From a virus (lineage: Duplodnaviria; Caudoviricetes), in the IMG/VR virus record IMGVR_UViG_3300032668_000132, positions 1 through 25,165 of that record: a DNA stretch of 25,165 nt, one strand, 5' to 3'. Shown in pieces: positions 25,123-25,165 of the stretch. Position 1 is the first letter of the stretch. Each line of letters opens with the position of its first letter. The position numbers and the translations under genes are program-made. The notes under the pieces are model-generated. The model was not told the origin of the DNA, searched no databases, and was given only the letters and a program-made list of their open reading frames with translations.

Positions 25123-25165
25123 TGCCCCATAACACGATTAAGCTTAAGCCGGGCGTCGAGACCAA
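25122..25165 (+). CDS. 5' end of next structural gene (MPHNTIKLKPGVET...), possibly a tail nozzle/stabilisation protein
   Basis: TAATG overlap with the HNH stop, and the frame is open to the window end. Product is guessed from position only. Confidence 0.5.
   Translation, partial: MPHNTIKLKPGVET

Overview
This window is the head, tail and lysis (late) region of a tailed dsDNA phage or prophage (Caudoviricetes). No tail tube, sheath or tape-measure gene is visible, so a short-tailed virion is likely. The GH108 endolysin and 3TM holin suggest a Gram-negative host. All credible genes are on the + strand. In order: 5'-truncated portal; an 831-aa ADP-ribosyltransferase-like plus tail-lysozyme-like polyvalent protein; a basic low-complexity protein; a GroES-like co-chaperonin; scaffold; decoration-like protein; Mu gpT-like major capsid protein; small basic and structural proteins; head-tail adaptor-like proteins; a 1466-aa tail fibre with an S74 chaperone domain; a second Gly-rich fibre; holin-like proteins; and the endolysin. 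Four AT-rich free-standing HNH/EndoVII endonuclease genes are interleaved. Main leads: (1) about 20 copies of a [K/A]-x-G-G peptide motif shared by three proteins and clustered at the domain boundaries of the ART/lysozyme protein, a candidate cargo-loading or processing tag; (2) an HNH gene that appears to have replaced the tail fibre 3' end and kept the old end as its own C-terminus; (3) a structured intergenic region with a hidden membrane-peptide ORF after the portal; (4) a shared CAAATA-N12/13-TATDAT promoter signature; (5) two paralogous small-gene pairs, one after each fibre gene. All family assignments come from motif recognition by eye, not from database searches.
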